Source: Candidatus Ornithospirochaeta sp.
Lineage (GTDB): Bacteria; Spirochaetota; Spirochaetia; Sphaerochaetales; Sphaerochaetaceae
Assembly: GCA_050874025.1 (NCBI GenBank)
Contig: JBNMJW010000001.1
Location: 1-50,411 of the forward strand
Reading direction: 5' to 3'
Length of the DNA: 50,411 nucleotides
A program made the position numbers and the translations under genes. The notes beneath the pieces were generated by a model, which saw nothing but the letters and a program-made list of their open reading frames with translations, had not been told where the DNA came from and ran no database searches. Below are positions 17,046 to 25,541 of the stretch, piece by piece (positions within the stretch are counted from its first letter, which is position 1; each line of letters starts with the position of its first letter).

Positions 17046-17748
17046 AGAAAGAATTATATTTAAAGATATGACACTTGCGTCGGCTATAGCTTCTGCTATT
17101 TGCTTAATTAGCTCTTATGCTTTATTGCCTCTTATTTTAAGAATTATCGACAAGAGCTTCCCTGTTGAAATCTTCTACACATTTGTACCACCTGTATTAC
17201 TCTCTTCTGTACTCTTTATCACATTTATTTGTATCGGAGCACTCTCTGTACAATACATTAGGTCACTTATGTTATTTGGATGCACAAGAACTAAAGCTTT
17301 CTGGAAAACAGTATTAGTAAGCCTCTCTTCAATTGTATTAGGAACGATAGTGCTAGGCATAGTAATGTTAGTATCGAAAGAGTTCTTAGTACAAATGAAC
17401 GAACCATCTTTCTTCTTTTTGCTCCTAAGATATCTAGTCTATTTTATCTTTGCATATGCAATCGGACTTCTTTGCTCTTCTCTATGTACGACATGTAAGC
17501 CACCTTTAAGTGTCTTGGTATGTGGAGTTGCACTCTACCTATTTTTAAACTTGCAAGATGCTTTAACAAATAGCGCTCATAGATCTGTCTCTCTTTCGAT
17601 TGTAAGCGATGCTTTTTCTATATCAGAGACAATAGAAACTCCGCTTGAGCTCTTTTTAACAGCATTGGTTGCTGCATTAATGATTGGATTCTCTTATGTT
17701 TGCTACTTAGTAAAGATAAGCTCAGTTAAATCAACATCAACAAATTAA
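17035..17748 (+). CDS. multi-pass membrane protein, probable ABC-2-type permease partner
   Basis: About six hydrophobic segments. It overlaps the ATPase gene by 11 nt. Confidence 0.6.
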   Translation: MKIKERIIFKDMTLASAIASAICLISSYALLPLILRIIDKSFPVEIFYTFVPPVLLSSVLFITFICIGALSVQYIRSLMLFGCTRTKAFWKTVLVSLSSIVLGTIVLGIVMLVSKEFLVQMNEPSFFFLLLRYLVYFIFAYAIGLLCSSLCTTCKPPLSVLVCGVALYLFLNLQDALTNSAHRSVSLSIVSDAFSISETIETPLELFLTALVAALMIGFSYVCYLVKISSVKSTSTN

Positions 17749-18557
17749 ATAATCTTAACAGTCCTCTTCTCTTCATCTATTTCATATTCTGAAAATGTTA
17801 TAGAAAGAGAGGAGGCAAAAAGTAGAGCTTTATCATAGCCATATACCCTATTTGGCATATGGGCATCTGATGCCGTTACTGTCTTTATACCCTCATCTTT
17901 AGCCATCATCCAAAATTCTTTCTTAGGATAGAGGTACTCCTCCTTTCCATCTCGTATAACAGGAGGCTTACAAAAACCATTTCCATTAATCTCTAGAGGC
18001 ATATCGTTTTCTTTCGCACATGCTATGATATCACGAGAAGCAGCCTCCAAATCTTTGTTCCAAGAAGAAAAAGACGAAACAAACAAGTCTGGGTGGCAAC
18101 CATATAAAAAGAGATGCGAAGAAAGAAGAGAGCAATACATATCAACATAGCTCTTTAAATCAAAGTCTTTTGCATCTTTACTTCCTGCATATTCCAAGTT
18201 CCCGTCCTTCCCTTTTACATAGTGAACAGAGCCTATAAGATAATCAAAACCAAGGCGCGAAAGAAACTCATCTTTGTAGTATGTATAAAGACTCTTATCC
18301 CAGTCACACTCCCCACCAAGAAGAACGAGGACATCCTCGCCTTTTATCGCTCTTACACTCTCTACATACTCCCCTACTTCATTTTTTTCCATTCTCTCAA
18401 ATGGAAAATAATAAGGAAGAGGTAAATGCTCACTAAAACCTAATACCTTTAATCCTGCATCTTTTGCTTTTTCAACATAATCAAGAGGCATTCCACTTCC
18501 ATGATGGGAAAAAAGAGTATGAGTATGTAAGTTCACATCCTTTTGTGAATAGACCAT
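17745..18557 (-). CDS. PHP-domain phosphatase (HisJ histidinol-phosphatase family)
   Basis: N-terminal NLHTHTLFSHHG, EHLP, a GSVHY-type motif and C-terminal SDAH. Confidence 0.8.
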   Translation of the reverse strand: MVYSQKDVNLHTHTLFSHHGSGMPLDYVEKAKDAGLKVLGFSEHLPLPYYFPFERMEKNEVGEYVESVRAIKGEDVLVLLGGECDWDKSLYTYYKDEFLSRLGFDYLIGSVHYVKGKDGNLEYAGSKDAKDFDLKSYVDMYCSLLSSHLFLYGCHPDLFVSSFSSWNKDLEAASRDIIACAKENDMPLEINGNGFCKPPVIRDGKEEYLYPKKEFWMMAKDEGIKTVTASDAHMPNRVYGYDKALLFASSLSITFSEYEIDEEKRTVKII

Positions 18558-18558
18558 A

Positions 18559-19800
18559 TTAGAAAACCTTCCATGTATCGACTATAGATTTAATATCTTC
18601 TCCATTAATGAATGCTCTCATAAGAATGAAAGCAATTACAACAGAGCGTCGTCTAATGCTGTCACGTCCCCAAGACGGAAGAGAAACGGTGACAGTCTGG
18701 CTCTCTCGGCCAAGACCACTAAAGCCAAAGCAAACTGTACCTACTTCTTTATTTTCACTTTTATCTGGACCCGCAACGCCAGTAATAGAGAAGCTATAAT
18801 CAGAACTAATTATCCTTCTTACTCCATCGGCCATCTCTCTAGCACATTCTTCTGAAACAACGCCAAAAGACTCAACAATACTCTCTTTTACGCCTAAGAC
18901 CTTCTCTTTTACAAGAGGAGAATAAGAGACAACACCACCCAACATATAACAGCTAGAACCAGGGAGTGATGTTAAAAGAGAAGCAGCAAGTCCACCTGTG
19001 CAACTTTCTGCACACGAGATAGTTAAGCTCTTTGCCTTTAAGTCTTCAATAAGAAGTGACAAAGATGAAACATCACCTTTTTCTAAGCGGTGTAGACCAA
19101 CTATTTCTTCTAGTTTTTTTATGGCACAATCTCTGTCGTTTTTCGTCTTACCTGAAACATATAAAGAGATCTTATAGTCTTGAAATCTTGTTCCCCAATC
19201 GAGAGAACTATCTGCAAGTTTTGTCTCCTCTTCAAGTTTGGCTTCAGCTAGAACAAATGAAGAATATTCATCTCTATCATCACTCTCTAGGCCAAATAGA
19301 GAAGAAAAAAGAGGAAGAACTGATGAATAAAACATCGGGCGCATCTCTCTAGGAGGACCGGGAAGCGAAACAACAAGAGTGTTCTTAATCATTCCCCAGA
19401 AGCCTGGAGCTGTACCATTTGGGTTATCAATAAGAGTAAAGCCCGAAGGAATAAGCGATTGTTTTTCATTAGCGCCATAGGCTCTTTCTCCCAATTTATT
19501 TAATAAAAAGCTCCATGCTTTTTCATTTTTTTCAAGCTTTACACCTGCTTCTTCGGCAATAGACGCTCTTGTCATATCGTCACTTGTAGGACCGAGGCCT
19601 CCTGTAACGATAATTATATCGTTATGTGGAAGAAGATAATGTAATGTTTCCTTAATTGTCCCATCGTCAGGACAAAGAATTGACTCTGAAAAATGTAAGC
19701 CCATATGTGTTAATTCTTTGGCAACGACAGATGTATGCTTATCTTCTATAATTCCACGTGTTAGCTCTGTTCCAATAACAATTAAACTAGCTGTTTTCAT
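18559..19800 (-). CDS. cinA: CinA-family protein (MoCF-binding domain plus NMN deamidase PncC domain)
   Basis: Motifs IIVTGGLGPTSDDMT, ESCTGG and VSYS...K. Confidence 0.9.
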   Translation of the reverse strand: MKTASLIVIGTELTRGIIEDKHTSVVAKELTHMGLHFSESILCPDDGTIKETLHYLLPHNDIIIVTGGLGPTSDDMTRASIAEEAGVKLEKNEKAWSFLLNKLGERAYGANEKQSLIPSGFTLIDNPNGTAPGFWGMIKNTLVVSLPGPPREMRPMFYSSVLPLFSSLFGLESDDRDEYSSFVLAEAKLEEETKLADSSLDWGTRFQDYKISLYVSGKTKNDRDCAIKKLEEIVGLHRLEKGDVSSLSLLIEDLKAKSLTISCAESCTGGLAASLLTSLPGSSCYMLGGVVSYSPLVKEKVLGVKESIVESFGVVSEECAREMADGVRRIISSDYSFSITGVAGPDKSENKEVGTVCFGFSGLGRESQTVTVSLPSWGRDSIRRRSVVIAFILMRAFINGEDIKSIVDTWKVF

Positions 19801-19889
19801 ATTTTTCTCTCATTAAGGGATAAATGTTATAACATCAAAATAGAAAATAAACATTACAAGATTAACAATCTTACGTTAATTTAATGCAA

Positions 19890-19914
19890 AAGCCCTCCTA
19901 AAAAAGGAAGGCTT
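19890..19914 (-). terminator. probable rho-independent terminator after the S41-like gene
   Basis: Stem AAGCCCTCC/GGAAGGCTT pairs at 8 of 9 positions with a 7-nt loop. The minus-strand tail is UUGCAUU, which is a weak U tract. Confidence 0.5.
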
Positions 19915-19944
19915 GCAATCAATTTAAACGACAACTAATTAGAG

Positions 19945-20928
19945 TTATTTCTTTTCAATCAGCTCTAAACATGTAGCTAAAGCTGTTTTTCCATTCTTAA
20001 TAATAACATTAGGAACAGTTCCACCACAAAGAATTCTTCTCTCTGCTATTGCAGTGTTATAAGACATTATGATGCCAGAATTAGATAGATTCTTTCTAAT
20101 TTTTGCTAGCCCTATTCCACTACCATTAGTCTTTGTTCCGACAACAGTAGCCCAACCTGTTTGGGAAGCAAAATATGCAATTAAATCAGCCTCATAAAGA
20201 GTATTTTCACCAACAAGAATCCATCTTTTTGCGTCCTTTATTTCTTTCTTTAAAGAACCATCGTTGCACTCAAACTTAAACGTCAAGTCACAATAAGCTT
20301 CAAGATTTAGCTTCTTCACTTTCTCGGGAACATTAGTTAGTGTATTTATATTCTTAATTTCATGTTCGCTATAATAGCTCTTAGCTTTCTTTAAACTTCT
20401 AAAATATGTTCTATATGAGAATTCCCAAGTGCCACCAAATGGATAGATAAAAGAATAAATCTCGTCATCTGTTGGCCCACTCTTACAGTTAGAGAAGTCA
20501 AAGATAATATTCTCGATTTCACCCTCAACACTATCTAATGAATCTTCAATAAAACTCTCAGTAAATACAGATGGAGAAAGAGAAGAAATTGTAAAAACAA
20601 CTGTTTTGTTTTGCTCGATATAATCAACTCTAGGAGCCTTAATTGAATCAGAATCTGAACTAGGGTCTTCAGATATAGCGATATAATCATAAGCCATGTA
20701 TCGATTAGCTATTCCACGTAAAACGAGCATTAACTCTTCTTTACTATTTGCTTTCCTTACTTTCTCTAAGTTTTCTTCTTTGTACTCACTAAGGTTTATC
20801 TCATTGAAGTATGGATACTCCTTTTCTAAAGTATTCCAAAATTCATTGAAAACTTGTTCGTTGCTACCCTGAGCAAAAAGACCAAAAGCGACTAACAAGG
20901 TAAAAAGTATGATGATTAACTTTTTCAT
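19945..20928 (-). CDS. secreted peptidase-S41-like protein, catalytic dyad apparently substituted
   Basis: Signal peptide MKKLIIILFTLLVAFGLFAQG and S41 N-terminal style EFWNTLEKEYPYF. IIFDFSNCKSGPTDD aligns to IDLRgNgGG, and ILVGENTLYEADL...VVGTKTNGSG aligns to vLvd..taSAsE...vGe.TfGKG. Confidence 0.5.
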   Translation of the reverse strand: MKKLIIILFTLLVAFGLFAQGSNEQVFNEFWNTLEKEYPYFNEINLSEYKEENLEKVRKANSKEELMLVLRGIANRYMAYDYIAISEDPSSDSDSIKAPRVDYIEQNKTVVFTISSLSPSVFTESFIEDSLDSVEGEIENIIFDFSNCKSGPTDDEIYSFIYPFGGTWEFSYRTYFRSLKKAKSYYSEHEIKNINTLTNVPEKVKKLNLEAYCDLTFKFECNDGSLKKEIKDAKRWILVGENTLYEADLIAYFASQTGWATVVGTKTNGSGIGLAKIRKNLSNSGIIMSYNTAIAERRILCGGTVPNVIIKNGKTALATCLELIEKK

Positions 20929-21084
20929 ATCATTTCCCCCTTAATAAAAAGTATCTAAGTTCATTTTTAGGGTAACATACACATATCCTAGTTCAAGTTT
21001 TGACGACTTTATGCATCATCTATTTTGCATTTTTCTCATTGAAAAAAAAAGTTTTCATACATTTTGCTTATTTTTTATACATCA

Positions 21085-21759
21085 TTAATCTTTTCCTACA
21101 ACACCATCGCAAAAGTTATAAATATTATCCGCATATGAGGTTAATCTATTATCATGTGTAGAAATAATTGTGACTGTATTATTATTCACCGTTAGTTCTT
21201 TAATTTCTTCCATTGTTATGATTGATCTTTCCCCATCAAGATTAGCCGTCGGCTCATCCAAAAGTAAGACGTGAGGGGACTTTAACATAGCTCGTGCAAT
21301 GGCAACACGCTGTCTCTGACCACCAGAAAGATCACAGGCCTTCCTTTTAATTTCTTTTTCTAGTCCAAAATCTGAAATGAGAGTTCTTGCTCTATCATAA
21401 TAATCTTTTTCTCTCTTTGCTAAATTACCAACTCTAATGCTTAAGAGAATATTATCCCAAACAGAAAGATAATCTAACACCATATAATCCTGCGGAACTA
21501 TCCCTACTTCTTTATATCTAAAAGAGCATAATTCTTTTTCCGACATATTTTTTAGATTGTATCCATTAACCAATACATCTCCAGATGATGGGCAGAGTTG
21601 ACCTCCAATTATTTTAAGAGCGGTGCTTTTTCCAGAACCACTTGGCCCCATAAAAAAAGAAAGAGTACCTTCCGTCGCATTAATTGAAATTTCTTTTAGT
21701 GCACAAATTACTTCGCTTCCAGTCTTGTAATATTTTGATAGTTTTTCACATTTTACCAT
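21085..21759 (-). CDS. ABC ATP-binding protein, MacB/LolD/FtsE type
   Basis: Walker A GPSGSGKST, signature LSGGQRQRVAIARA and Walker B LLLDEPTANLD. Confidence 0.9.
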   Translation of the reverse strand: MVKCEKLSKYYKTGSEVICALKEISINATEGTLSFFMGPSGSGKSTALKIIGGQLCPSSGDVLVNGYNLKNMSEKELCSFRYKEVGIVPQDYMVLDYLSVWDNILLSIRVGNLAKREKDYYDRARTLISDFGLEKEIKRKACDLSGGQRQRVAIARAMLKSPHVLLLDEPTANLDGERSIITMEEIKELTVNNNTVTIISTHDNRLTSYADNIYNFCDGVVGKD

Positions 21760-21770
21760 TTCTATACTCT

Positions 21771-22481
21771 CTAATTATTGTTGCTCATTGCTATTATTTC
21801 TTTAAGTTTTTCAACGGTAAAAGGACCGTAAAACAAACCTATTCCACTTATGTTTTTGCTTTCCTTAAATAGTATCTTTCCAGAATAGAAAAGATTTGAG
21901 AGGAAAAAACATTCATCTCTTGGAATTTCTATACCCTCAATTTCTCTCCAAGAACTAATCCAATGACATAGCAATACTTTGTCATTCTTATAAACTATTT
22001 TTCTTGCATATATATCAAAAAGTTCATATTCAATGACAAATCTTTCTTGAGAATTTACACTTTCAAGAACGACTCTATTATCCCTTTCTTCTGTAACTTG
22101 ATAATTATTGCTAATACTCCCATCTTCTTCAAATTCTGATGGATAATAATCAATGAAAACAATAGATTTAGAAGGAATAAAACCTTTATAAAGTTGACTA
22201 TTGTTGATCAACCATACGTTGTTTTTTGAGCTATCCAAAACATATGAAGAATGCTTTCTTTTTTCAAAAAAAGAATATGTATTCCCTTTTTCAGGTATTG
22301 TTGCTCTGCTTATCTCTGGAACAGTATCAAAACAAAACTCACCCTCAATTGTTTTAAAACTAAGCTGAGAGCACTCCATATAAAAAACATCAGGATAAAA
22401 TAAATCTAAAACATTAGCGCAAAGAATATGCATTGAAAAAAGAAATAATATGATTGCTATAAAAGATTTTTTCATATTCAT
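21771..22481 (-). CDS. small secreted or lipid-anchored protein, possible LolA-like accessory component
   Basis: Signal peptide MNMKKSFIAIILFLFSMHILCAN, 236 aa, with a beta-rich alternating pattern. It overlaps the upstream permease by 4 nt. The functional call is a guess. Confidence 0.35.
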   Translation of the reverse strand: MNMKKSFIAIILFLFSMHILCANVLDLFYPDVFYMECSQLSFKTIEGEFCFDTVPEISRATIPEKGNTYSFFEKRKHSSYVLDSSKNNVWLINNSQLYKGFIPSKSIVFIDYYPSEFEEDGSISNNYQVTEERDNRVVLESVNSQERFVIEYELFDIYARKIVYKNDKVLLCHWISSWREIEGIEIPRDECFFLSNLFYSGKILFKESKNISGIGLFYGPFTVEKLKEIIAMSNNN

Positions 22482-23752
22482 TTTTGCCTTCTTTGTGTCA
22501 TTCTCAAAAAAATAAAATCAGTAAAAAAAGTTAAAATGTATATCCCGACAAAGAATATCGCAAAAAGTACAGCAACATAAAGAAATATTCCAGAAGTATC
22601 ATATTTTCCATCTAAGGAGAATAAATCTCTCATATACAAATCCTCTCCAAAAACTAGCTGAGCTCCTTTAGATGAATAAAAGCTAGATAAAAATAATAGG
22701 AAAACAGTTAGAACTAATGTCGTCAGCACAAGAAGGATAAAAATTACTAATTTTTCTTCAAACAAGATTTTTATTTGTTTTGCACTTTTCATCCCTAGAG
22801 TAGAGTTCAAAGAGAATTCTTTTTTTCTTAGTTTTAAAATTGATACTTCGGTAAATACCAACGATATACATATTGATACAATCAATAAAACCCCATACTT
22901 GATAATAAAAATCTTTGGGCCATTCAATCTATCAATTTCATTTACTAAATCTGTATTGTAATGATTTGACAGCAAACTAACTGTATTATTAGAAGAAAAA
23001 GATTTAGAGTTGTAATCATAAGAATATGCTGTTTGAAATGCTCTTCTCCCATTTTTATTTAGATATAACTGAGCTGAGTTAAGTATTTTTTTTAATTGTC
23101 CTTTAGTAATTAGCTCTGTTTCTCGCCTTATATAGCTTTTAAAGAATTTTTCAGCACTTACTTCCCCATCATAAGTAAAAATTGCTTTTATAATACAATT
23201 ATTTCTTTCTAATCCTTGTAAAGATGCAATTTCCCAATACAAATCTTCTGAAACAACTGCTTCATGTATGCCCACCGATTCTTCCATGGCTCGTTCTTTA
23301 TTTGTTGTAATGAAAATTTCATATTCTTTATCTGTGTGCGAATCATAAATAATCGAACTATTTGATGGAACAACACCTCCCAGTAATAAAACTTCATTTT
23401 CTCTCAAGTCACTTCTGGGTTGAATATTTAAATACTCTCGTTTTCCATTATCACATTCAATATACACACTTACTGTGGGATATAGAAAATGAAAGCTTGT
23501 TATCTCAATACTGTTTTCTTTTTCACATTCAGAAATAATGCTTTTAAATAATGGCTCGGGAATGATACATGAAGGGTCTATTCGAACATCTCCGGCAACA
23601 GCTGACTTATAGTAATAGAAAGCCGCTTCTGACATATTTGTTTCAATAGCTGCAAAAAAAGATATTAATGATATAAATAGAGATGAGAAAACAATAAAAA
23701 AGATATACTTTTTCAAATAACGACTAAAAGGTTTTAAAAGAGCTATACTCAT
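22478..23752 (-). CDS. FtsX/MacB-type ABC permease (second subunit)
   Basis: N-terminal TM helix, an extracytoplasmic domain of about 280 aa, and a C-terminal 3-TM FtsX bundle. The start is moved to the ATG (MSIALLKPF) 2 nt after the upstream stop, because the track start is a TTG inside the upstream gene. Confidence 0.75.
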   Translation of the reverse strand: MSIALLKPFSRYLKKYIFFIVFSSLFISLISFFAAIETNMSEAAFYYYKSAVAGDVRIDPSCIIPEPLFKSIISECEKENSIEITSFHFLYPTVSVYIECDNGKREYLNIQPRSDLRENEVLLLGGVVPSNSSIIYDSHTDKEYEIFITTNKERAMEESVGIHEAVVSEDLYWEIASLQGLERNNCIIKAIFTYDGEVSAEKFFKSYIRRETELITKGQLKKILNSAQLYLNKNGRRAFQTAYSYDYNSKSFSSNNTVSLLSNHYNTDLVNEIDRLNGPKIFIIKYGVLLIVSICISLVFTEVSILKLRKKEFSLNSTLGMKSAKQIKILFEEKLVIFILLVLTTLVLTVFLLFLSSFYSSKGAQLVFGEDLYMRDLFSLDGKYDTSGIFLYVAVLFAIFFVGIYILTFFTDFIFLRMTQRRQK

Positions 23753-23754
23753 TT

Positions 23755-25206
23755 CTATTTCACCTCTAAATCCATTTTTTCTACTGTATTTTCCTTTATA
23801 AACAACCAAGTCGCAAAAGAAGATGAAATAATAAAAAGAACAAATTCAAGAATTATAAAATAAAGAGATGAAAGAATAACTTGTTTAGGGGCGACATGAA
23901 GATAACCAGTATATTCCTTACTCATAGCCGACAAAGAGCAAAAGATTGTTACACAGTATATAATTAACGCAGGAACAGTAAATGGAATATACAAGGAACA
24001 AAATATTCTGTTTCTTTTGCAACCTTGGTTATATAGCAAAGATACAACTTCATTCTGATAATTAAGTATTCTTGCTAGCAGGAAAAATCCTCCACATACA
24101 AGCATTATTGAAGATAGGGCACAAAGTATTATTCCATAGGTTGATATTGTCTTAACAATTTCTGGAATTCTCGAAACACTAATAGAAGCAGAAAAGGTAT
24201 CATCTATTGCCAAGTTTTTATTATGCTTTAAAAGTGTTGCTTTAAATCTATTTATATCTTTGCTTCTAACCCAAATATTTTGATAATCAGCAGGAATAAC
24301 AGAAAATGATGGTAGTGTTCTTATGTCAGCAATAATCTTTGAGATATCTGTAGATTCCGAAGCTTGGTCGTAACTATATTCTGTATATATAGTCGCCGAA
24401 AACAATTCTCTGTAGAACTCTATGTCAATAAAAATAAGTTTTGTTTCTGGAATATATGATAAAGGATCTTTCCAATCACTCTCTGAAAAGGAATAATCCT
24501 TTTGGGGTATTCTAAAAAAACCAGCTATCGGTACATCAATAACACTGCCTAAAAAAGTTGAACCTCTATTCTCCGACACAAATAAAAGAACAGATTCATC
24601 ACGCTCATTTAACTCTAAATCCTGAGCAACTTTTTCCGAGAGAAATATGCCCTTTCTATTTGTTAAATTGTAGAACTCATAACTTTTCTCCCCTTCAAAG
24701 TAAGAAGCAAGAGAATCAGAATTAACCCCATATAAAACGTTTCCCGAAAAATCACCTGGAGATAGAGAATGAACCGAACTATACTTTATCTCACTATCAT
24801 CAAAGTATTGCTCAATTTTATTGTAATTAACTCGATTATAAAGTGAATCATCTATATCTTCTTTTTTAGCATTTACAGCTATAAGGTGTTTAATATTCTT
24901 ACTTGCAACAGCAATTGCTTTTACTCCATTAATAGCGTTTAAATCCTTAACTATTTTCTCCGCATCAAAGATAAATGAATTTGAACTTGAAGGAACGAGG
25001 CCCACTGAACCATCATCATGCGAAGACTCAATGTCTATAGGAGAAATAACATAATCGCCAACTATTTCAGTTTTATTTAATACCAAACTATTAGAAGACT
25101 TAATATGCAACATATATAATGAAAAAGAGAACAATATTACAAAAGAAACAAATAGAATGTAGAAAAAAAGTAACAAATACTTTGGAAACAATATTATTCT
25201 TTTCAT
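23755..25206 (-). CDS. FtsX/MacB-type ABC permease (first subunit)
   Basis: Same topology as the second subunit. The extracytoplasmic domain contains IFLSEKVAQDLELNERDESVLL, a MacB_PCD-like segment, and the C-terminus has 3 TM helices. Confidence 0.75.
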   Translation of the reverse strand: MKRIILFPKYLLLFFYILFVSFVILFSFSLYMLHIKSSNSLVLNKTEIVGDYVISPIDIESSHDDGSVGLVPSSSNSFIFDAEKIVKDLNAINGVKAIAVASKNIKHLIAVNAKKEDIDDSLYNRVNYNKIEQYFDDSEIKYSSVHSLSPGDFSGNVLYGVNSDSLASYFEGEKSYEFYNLTNRKGIFLSEKVAQDLELNERDESVLLFVSENRGSTFLGSVIDVPIAGFFRIPQKDYSFSESDWKDPLSYIPETKLIFIDIEFYRELFSATIYTEYSYDQASESTDISKIIADIRTLPSFSVIPADYQNIWVRSKDINRFKATLLKHNKNLAIDDTFSASISVSRIPEIVKTISTYGIILCALSSIMLVCGGFFLLARILNYQNEVVSLLYNQGCKRNRIFCSLYIPFTVPALIIYCVTIFCSLSAMSKEYTGYLHVAPKQVILSSLYFIILEFVLFIISSSFATWLFIKENTVEKMDLEVK

Positions 25207-25383
25207 ATTTATTTTGCCTCAAGTAGAAACACTTATATTAGAGTTAGCAAGACAAATTCCAAAAAAAATCCTCATTATCCATATATGAGTTAAAAAATTT
25301 TTCTATACTATCCTTTTGCTTTTTGAAAAATAGTGTATCGATTGACGTTGCATTATCCCCCTAAATCATCAATAGATATTTTT

Positions 25384-25412
25384 GTTATATGATTCAGTAT
25401 TTTAACTGTCAA
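25384..25412 (-). promoter_or_regulatory. candidate sigma70 promoter for the FtsX/ABC module
   Basis: The minus strand reads TTGACA (25412-25407), a 17-nt spacer, then TATAAC (25389-25384). This implies a leader of about 170 nt. Confidence 0.35.
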
Positions 25413-25486
25413 TGAATTGCAATACAGAAATGAAACCATTTTTTTTGCTATTGAGTTAAAATAAATAAAAACTAGACACTCTACTT

Positions 25487-25522
25487 AATAAAAATCGCCT
25501 ACCTTACATAAATAAGATAGGC
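25487..25522 (-). terminator. rho-independent terminator after lnt
   Basis: The minus-strand RNA reads GCCUAUCUUA-uuuaug-UAAGGUAGGC (one mismatch) followed by GAUUUUUAUU. Confidence 0.65.
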
Positions 25523-25541
25523 AATGCTTAGTTTCAGTAGT

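Noticed and set aside
19801-25541. Whole S41-like plus ABC block considered as a horizontally acquired AT-rich genomic island.
   Set aside because: Hand-counted lines give about 23-30% G+C here (one line about 37%, and a conserved ATPase-motif line 45%). The flanking lnt is itself about 27-32%, and other low-expression genes are about 30-32%. I saw no integrase, flanking direct repeats or tRNA. The compositional contrast is too weak to claim without a computed GC or codon-usage profile.
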